A stretch of DNA of 50,042 nt, from IMG/VR virus record IMGVR_UViG_3300025133_000164, positions 1 through 50,042 of that record; one strand, written 5' to 3'. The translations under genes and the position numbers were made by a program. Below, one piece after another: positions 44,907 through 50,042 of the stretch; position 1 is the first letter of the stretch, and each line of letters starts with the position of its first letter. The notes under the pieces are model-generated. The model ran no database searches. It worked only from the letters and a program-made list of their open reading frames with translations, and was not told the DNA's origin. This stretch comes from a virus. Its lineage: Duplodnaviria; Caudoviricetes.

Positions 44907-47577
44907 CTGCCAAGACTGTGCCTTGGGCCAGTACCACAAGCGGAAGGAGACCTTCTGCCCGGTGTTGGGGGAGGCGCACGCCAACGACAAGTACCTGATC
45001 ATCGGCCTCTTTCCTGGCTCACACGAAGTACAGGAAGGCAGGCCCTTCGTCGGTCCTTCGGGGATCGAACTGATGCAGGCGCTGGAGGCTACCGGCATTT
45101 CTCGTGACGAGTGCCACATCGAGCACGTGATCTCGTGCCAGCCCCCCGAGAACAACCTGGAGAAGTTCAGGTACCAGCTGAAGAAGAAGACCAAGGCCAG
45201 GAAGAAGAAGGATCCGGGGTGGGTAGCCCCACTGGACCCTCACCGCGCGTGCCAAGGGCACATCCACCAGCTGGACTACTCCAAGTACAAGGGCATCATC
45301 TGCCTGGGCAAGGAAGCGATGCAGCTCTTCCGGAAGCAGTCCTCCATCATGACGATGCGTGGGGCGTGCGAGGAAGTGCAGCAGGGATCGGGCGTCAGGG
45401 GCACCATCCGGCCCGTCAAGGTCGGGTACACCCTCCACCCTGCCTTCGTGTCTCGCTCACCGGAGTGGCGTGACGTCTTCCAGTCCGACATCGCCAAGGC
45501 GTTCCGATACTTCAGGGGAGACCTCCGCTGGCAGTGGCCGGACGTCCAGATTGCGGTCCAGGACCCGAAGCGCTGGCGCGATACGCCGCACGGACCCTAC
45601 GGAGCGGCCCACGTCAAGTTCACAGACATCAGCGGCGACCTGGGTCCCCTCGTAGTCGAGGCTTTGATCCAAGAACTCGTCGATGACGGCGAGCCGGTGG
45701 TCTACGACCTTGAAACCGACTCCAAGTACCCGATGGTCGCCAACATCCGGTGTGTCGGCTTCGGCAACCGCAAGCGGGCTGTCGTCTTCCCGATCAACGA
45801 CCTCCGGAACCACCCCATCTGCCCCGACTGGCTCGGACCTCGCGTCGGCAAGCTGCTTTCGGACCCCCCCTTCAAGCTCATCGGGCACAACGCCGGGCAG
45901 TACGACCGGGCAGTGATGGAAGCGCACGGTGTGACGCCCAGGTTGGACGGCGACACCATCCTCATGCACCTGCTCGCCGACAACGAGCAGAGCCACAGCC
46001 TGGGCTTCTTGGGCAGCTACTACACCGACAACATCGAGGCGTGGAAGGCGGATCACACCGCTACGGAGGCCAAGGACAACGTCGAGCTTTGGGTCTACAA
46101 CGCCAAGGACTGCGTAGTCAACGCCAGGATCATTCCACCGGTCATCAAGCAGGTTCGCCGCCGCAAGCAGGGCCACCTCCTGAAGCGGGAGCACATGCTC
46201 CAGGACGCGGGTGCTGGAATGACGAGGCTGGGCCTGGCTCTCGACGCCGGGAGGCTGGAGAAGATCCGCCAAGCAGTCGACACCAAGCGGCACACCAGCG
46301 CGACGGTCACCAGCCGCATCGCAGCTGGAGTGAACCCCCTGTCCTCACAGCAGCTGTCCAGGCTGCTCTTCGACACCTGGAAGCTGCACCCCGTAGGCTA
46401 CTCGGAGAAGACCGGAGAGCCTTCCACGGACGACGCGACCCTCCTTCGGATGCTGACGACCTACGACCTGACCTCAGACCAGCGTGAGTTCATCACAGCT
46501 GTCAGGTTCCTGCGTCGCTGCTCCAAGGTGAAGGGCACCTACCTCACTCCCTTCTCCAACCTCTCAGGGCTGTACGAAGACAAGCGGCTCCACCCGTCCT
46601 ACAACAGGCTGCCCGCTACAGGGCGCTACTCGTCCTCCAACCCCAACGCCCAGACGGTGCCCATGTACCTGCCCGGGATCGGATGGGTGGATGCGGACGA
46701 GGTGTACCACCCGCTGGCGCTGCGTTCCTGCTTCATCCCCCAGAGAGGGAGCGTCTTCGTCGGCGCAGACATGGACCAGCTGGAGCTTCGGGTCATCGCT
46801 GAAGAGGCGGAAGCCTCCCGGCTACTGCGGTCCTTCGAAGACGGCAGCGACCCGCACAACGACACCATGGAGATGATCTACGGCACCGGGATCTGGAGAA
46901 TGGACGGCGCTCCCGTAGACGCCGACGGCAACACCGACCGCTACGGGAAGGGCGGGGGCATCTTCAAGCAGACCCGAGGCATCACCAAGACGGTGCGCTA
47001 CGCCTGGCAGTACGCCGCGAAGGCCCCCAAGATTCACGAGCAGATCATCGGAGTCGAAGACCCGGTTTCCGGTAAGTTCCCGTATGGCCACTACACGATT
47101 CCAGATGTCCGCTCGATCTGCAAGGGCCTGGACAAGGCTGACCCCGAGATCCCACGCTGGTGGGAGCGCATCGTCGCAGGCTACCGGAGGGACGGCTTCG
47201 TAGCTGACACCCTCTGGGGCCGTCGTCGGGATTTCAAGGGCGACGAGAAGATCAACGAACTCGTCAACCACCCGATCCAGAGCAAAGGCGCGAGCATCGT
47301 CCACGAGGCGATGATCGAGCTTCTCTACGGAGAGCAGCCCTGGTTCACGACGGAGAAGGCAAGCGGCAACGGCAGGCGGGAGACGATTCCCTTCGACTTC
47401 AAGAAGAAGTACGGGCTCGTCAACCAGTGCCACGACTCGCTGGTGTTCGAAGTGCCTGAAGCCGACGCTGAACGCGTAGCAGAACTGATGACGGACGTCA
47501 TGACCCGCAAGGTGAAGGGCGGATCCGTCGTGTACTCGGCTGAGGCCGACATCGGAGAACGCTGGAGCGACGTCTAA
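44890..47577 (+). CDS. polA: Family A DNA polymerase with N-terminal family-4 uracil-DNA-glycosylase-like domain and 3'-5' exonuclease (895 aa)
   Basis: UDG4: CxxC, PG..E..G.PFVG.SG, C.PP.N, HPAF. Exonuclease: YDLETD, HN...YD, YN..D. Polymerase: ATGRYSSSNPN.Q, DMDQLELR, R...K...Y...Y, N.PIQS, HD. Confidence 0.93.
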   Translation: MQPGSDCQDCALGQYHKRKETFCPVLGEAHANDKYLIIGLFPGSHEVQEGRPFVGPSGIELMQALEATGISRDECHIEHVISCQPPENNLEKFRYQLKKKTKARKKKDPGWVAPLDPHRACQGHIHQLDYSKYKGIICLGKEAMQLFRKQSSIMTMRGACEEVQQGSGVRGTIRPVKVGYTLHPAFVSRSPEWRDVFQSDIAKAFRYFRGDLRWQWPDVQIAVQDPKRWRDTPHGPYGAAHVKFTDISGDLGPLVVEALIQELVDDGEPVVYDLETDSKYPMVANIRCVGFGNRKRAVVFPINDLRNHPICPDWLGPRVGKLLSDPPFKLIGHNAGQYDRAVMEAHGVTPRLDGDTILMHLLADNEQSHSLGFLGSYYTDNIEAWKADHTATEAKDNVELWVYNAKDCVVNARIIPPVIKQVRRRKQGHLLKREHMLQDAGAGMTRLGLALDAGRLEKIRQAVDTKRHTSATVTSRIAAGVNPLSSQQLSRLLFDTWKLHPVGYSEKTGEPSTDDATLLRMLTTYDLTSDQREFITAVRFLRRCSKVKGTYLTPFSNLSGLYEDKRLHPSYNRLPATGRYSSSNPNAQTVPMYLPGIGWVDADEVYHPLALRSCFIPQRGSVFVGADMDQLELRVIAEEAEASRLLRSFEDGSDPHNDTMEMIYGTGIWRMDGAPVDADGNTDRYGKGGGIFKQTRGITKTVRYAWQYAAKAPKIHEQIIGVEDPVSGKFPYGHYTIPDVRSICKGLDKADPEIPRWWERIVAGYRRDGFVADTLWGRRRDFKGDEKINELVNHPIQSKGASIVHEAMIELLYGEQPWFTTEKASGNGRRETIPFDFKKKYGLVNQCHDSLVFEVPEADAERVAELMTDVMTRKVKGGSVVYSAEADIGERWSDV

Positions 47578-47741
47578 GGAGAGTAGTCGGTCGGCAGACA
47601 GGCTTGAGCAGGCAACGGCAAGCGCAGCAACGGGTAGCCGGCACCCGGTAGATGTGCTCCTCTCCCGTCGGATTGGTACCCTACCCGGGACCTGCGAGAC
47701 CGGCTGACAAGTCCGGGGTTCGATTCCCCTACTCTCCCCCA
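47578..47741 (+). ncRNA. tRNA-like RNA of 164 nt ending in CCA
   Basis: GGAGAGT(A)/(T)ACTCTCC acceptor stem + C + CCA; T-arm GGGG-TTCGATT-CCCC; D-like arm GTC-GGTCGGCA-GAC; ~95-nt structured insert in place of an anticodon loop. Confidence 0.7.
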
Positions 47742-47759
47742 TTTTCAGGAGCAAAGAAC

Positions 47760-48227
47760 ATGACCTACATCTGGACACACCCCTCCGGCAAGCAGAAGGC
47801 GGAGCTGGTGGCTGAAGCGCGGAAGCTCGCGCTCGACATCGGGGACAAGGTCGTCCCCTCGCTGAAGGACTACAGCGCCTACTTCAAGGGCGACTGGAAC
47901 GCCTGGGCGACGAGCATCCCCCGCCGACAGAACACGACGACAGGGAAGCCCCTCTACCAGGGTGTGCTGCTGACGCAGCAGGTCCTGGGCAAGGCCACGG
48001 CTCAGATCGTGAACGCCGGCCTGCTTGCCGGGCTGCCTGTCCGGTGGTGGGACGGGAAGGTGCTGATCGAGATCGGCTCCGTCCGCACCACCGACCCCAA
48101 CAACTGGCAGGCGGGCTGGGAAGCCATGCCCAAGACCCCGGAGTCAGCAGAGGACGACGAGTCCGCTGCCGACTTCAAGCTCAACGACGACCCCTTCGCC
48201 GACCTCTTCGAACCGGACCTGTTCTAA
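47760..48227 (+). CDS. Hypothetical protein (155 aa), possible Rossmann-like (NDT/SLOG) fold
   Basis: AGGAG RBS; VLGKATAQIV.A...GLPV motif; acidic tail. Confidence 0.65.
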   Translation: MTYIWTHPSGKQKAELVAEARKLALDIGDKVVPSLKDYSAYFKGDWNAWATSIPRRQNTTTGKPLYQGVLLTQQVLGKATAQIVNAGLLAGLPVRWWDGKVLIEIGSVRTTDPNNWQAGWEAMPKTPESAEDDESAADFKLNDDPFADLFEPDLF

Positions 48228-48466
48228 GCGCCCCAGCGATCCTTCGCTTCGTTGAAGAAGGCGACGATCATGTCGACGAGAGCACCGATGAGCTTGGCTT
48301 CGACAGCCTCCCCGATGACGGGGATGTCGATCAGCTCGTTGACCTTCTCGACGACCCACGCCTTCTTCGCCGCGCCGGACTTCTCCCCGAAGAGGTCTTC
48401 CGCCGTACGGATGAGGTTCTTGATGATCGAGAAGAGCTTCTCGGGTGCTACCTTGCGCTTGGCCAT
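48224..48466 (-). CDS. Small protein resembling the LL-H holin soluble motif (80 aa; start may be 48490)
   Basis: AEDLFGEKSGAAKKAWV; AGGAG RBS; strong minus-strand codon bias; two genes from the amidase. Confidence 0.55.
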   Translation of the reverse strand: MAKRKVAPEKLFSIIKNLIRTAEDLFGEKSGAAKKAWVVEKVNELIDIPVIGEAVEAKLIGALVDMIVAFFNEAKDRWGA

Positions 48467-48557
48467 CTTCTTCTCCTGCCCACTGGGCACCAGCTACTAA
48501 CTGTACCGCTTGTCACACAGCTCGCTGAGACTGCCCCGCGAGTGAGAGAGGTCTACC

Positions 48558-48878
48558 ATGAACAAGTTCATCGCGTGGCTGCAATCCCAGTCGCGACGCC
48601 AGGATGAGATCGGCGTCGTCGCCGTTGCCCTCCTCCACGAGTGCGAAATCGTGGGTGCGCCCAAGCACTGGCAAGGCATGCTGAACCTCCTTCGGGGCGT
48701 CCTCCCGGGCAGCACCCACGAGGTGGAACGGATGTTCGCCCACGCCTACGACGAGTGGTGGCTGACGGTGAATCCTCGTCACTGGACCCAGTGGGGAGCA
48801 GACGGCCACTTGGATCCTACCAAGCTCACACCTGCTGTGATACATTCCCGCATAGCGGGGGCTCCCCCCGAGGAGTGA
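48558..48878 (+). CDS. YozE/SAM-like protein (106 aa)
   Basis: F..WL..Q..R.D.IG..A N-terminus and ...AYDEW. Confidence 0.5.
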   Translation: MNKFIAWLQSQSRRQDEIGVVAVALLHECEIVGAPKHWQGMLNLLRGVLPGSTHEVERMFAHAYDEWWLTVNPRHWTQWGADGHLDPTKLTPAVIHSRIAGAPPEE

Positions 48879-48880
48879 TC

Positions 48881-49345
48881 ATGCAGGTCGAGTGGATTGT
48901 CGTACATTGTTCGGATGCGCCCCCCAAGTACGGAGCGGCCGACATTCGTGCCTGGCACCTCGATCAGGGCTGGAGTGACATCGGCTACCACCGAGTCATC
49001 TCCAAGCCGGACGACCACTGGTTCACCGAACTGGGCCGGAATGAAGCAGTTCCCGGCTCCCACGCCTACGGGCTGAACAGCCGAAGCCTGGGCATCTGCG
49101 TCGCCGGCAAGTACGACGACGAAGCCCCGGAGCAGTCTCCCTGGGACCTTGCCGCGCGGATCTGCGCGATGTGGTGCATGGAGTACGGCCTAAATTCTGA
49201 GAGAGTCATTGGCCACCGTGAGGTGGATCGTGCTGGAGCACCCAAGACTCTCAAGACGTGTCCTGGGAAGATGTTCGACATGGACAGCTTCCGCGACGAG
49301 GTCCGCACGGTGGTGGACCTGCTTGAACGACTGGAGCCAGCATGA
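48881..49345 (+). CDS. N-acetylmuramoyl-L-alanine amidase (T7-lysozyme-like endolysin, 154 aa)
   Basis: IVVHCS, I..WH...GWSDIGYH, GSH..G.N..SLGIC, GHRE and KTCPG motifs; AGGAG RBS. Confidence 0.92.
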   Translation: MQVEWIVVHCSDAPPKYGAADIRAWHLDQGWSDIGYHRVISKPDDHWFTELGRNEAVPGSHAYGLNSRSLGICVAGKYDDEAPEQSPWDLAARICAMWCMEYGLNSERVIGHREVDRAGAPKTLKTCPGKMFDMDSFRDEVRTVVDLLERLEPA

Positions 49346-49424
49346 AGAATCAGCCTACCTGCCCCAACGGGCACCCCGCAGACGGGAAGCCCTGTACCGA
49401 GTACCAGTGCGAGCGGGTGAAGCG

Positions 49425-49703
49425 GTGATCCGCCGAATCCTGAACGGTACCGTCCGCCACCTGACCCGCCCGAGCCGCCGCCGCTTCGAACAGCTGGAGG
49501 AGCAGAACCTGCGGCTCCAGGCCCAGGTGGCCCGCGAGACGAAGCGCCGGGTGCAGACCTTCGACAAGCTGCAAGACCTCCGCTTCGCCGCGAAGCGTGC
49601 AGTCATCAACGCCACCCGAGCAGGGGATGGGACCGTAGTCGAGGTCGAGTACGACTTGATCGCGACGCTCGTCGCCCTCCTCCCCACCGACAGGATGGAC
49701 TGA
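49425..49703 (+). CDS. Coiled-coil hypothetical protein (92 aa)
   Basis: GTG start overlapping the stop of a 28-codon Cys-rich mini-ORF (49342-49428). Confidence 0.55.
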   Translation: MIRRILNGTVRHLTRPSRRRFEQLEEQNLRLQAQVARETKRRVQTFDKLQDLRFAAKRAVINATRAGDGTVVEVEYDLIATLVALLPTDRMD

Positions 49704-49942
49704 TGCACGACCATGACCTCTTCTGCCTCTTCGGGCTGTTCTGCTTTCTCTTCTTCACGATCCCCGCTGCCGTGGTGTGGTTGCGCGAGCCGCTCCCGCC
49801 GAGGCCCTTGGCCCCCTGGCCTGGCTTCTTCCGGGCAAGCGCCGCCTACATGGCCGGGCACCCCCGGTGGGTCTTCTTGGCGGGGCTGCCACGCGCATGG
49901 TGGCGGTTCCAGGTGGTGGCCGAGGTGGTGGCCGATGGCTGA
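49703..49942 (+). CDS. Small membrane protein (79 aa), possible lysis accessory
   Basis: N-terminal hydrophobic helix; TGATG coupling; near the endolysin. Confidence 0.5.
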   Translation: MHDHDLFCLFGLFCFLFFTIPAAVVWLREPLPPRPLAPWPGFFRASAAYMAGHPRWVFLAGLPRAWWRFQVVAEVVADG

Positions 49943-50042
49943 CCTCGACGTGCTCGTCCACGTCTTCGACTCGATCATCGACGGCGACCGCTTCTGCATC
50001 CACTGCAACCACTGGTCGCTGCTCTCCGCCCCCGTGTGCCCC
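49935..50042 (+). CDS. Partial hypothetical protein (CxxC)
   Basis: GAGGTG RBS; open to the window end. Confidence 0.45.
   Translation, partial: MADLDVLVHVFDSIIDGDRFCIHCNHWSLLSAPVCP

Noticed and set aside
47578-47741. Canonical tRNA-His, tRNA-Sec or tmRNA
   Set aside because: No 7-nt anticodon loop, no encoded G-1, no UCA anticodon, no G3:U70 pair, and no tag-like reading frame.
27553-47778. Long minus-strand ORFs in the right arm (e.g. 28807-29832, 37943-39670, 46822-47778)
   Set aside because: Antisense shadows of motif-bearing plus-strand genes.
1-50042. Alternative genetic code, introns/inteins, or a lysogeny module
   Set aside because: TAA, TAG and TGA all terminate well-defined genes; terminase, helicases and polymerase appear uninterrupted; no integrase or CI-like repressor is seen within this window.

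Overview
The window is a ~50 kb segment of a high-GC dsDNA tailed phage, probably podovirus-like because no tape measure or sheath gene is seen. It has two divergent arms. The left arm (minus strand, <1-23053) holds the terminase, portal, scaffold, major capsid, decoration protein, adaptor, nozzle-like protein, three paralogous short tail proteins and large helical internal (ejection) proteins. An AT-richer cassette between portal and scaffold encodes an ART-PolyVal-like ADP-ribosyltransferase whose fold is interrupted three times by copies of one unknown domain. The right arm (plus strand, 24.9-50 kb) starts with an early region: small ORFs, a MoxR AAA+ ATPase, a vWA-metallopeptidase and a DUF6744/DUF3150-like protein. 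That region lies behind a consensus sigma-54 promoter with IHF-like and palindromic enhancer-like sites, and is punctuated by a family of long intergenic hairpins. It is followed by a symmetric, repeat-rich putative origin (33.35-33.9 kb) and the replication/recombination genes: primase-SF3 helicase, SNF2 helicase, Cas4-like nuclease, Sak4-like ATPase, SSB and a UDG-fused family A DNA polymerase. The arm ends with a 164-nt CCA-ending tRNA-like RNA and a T7-lysozyme-like amidase. No integrase, RNA polymerase or CRISPR array was seen. All family assignments come from motifs read by eye, not from database searches.
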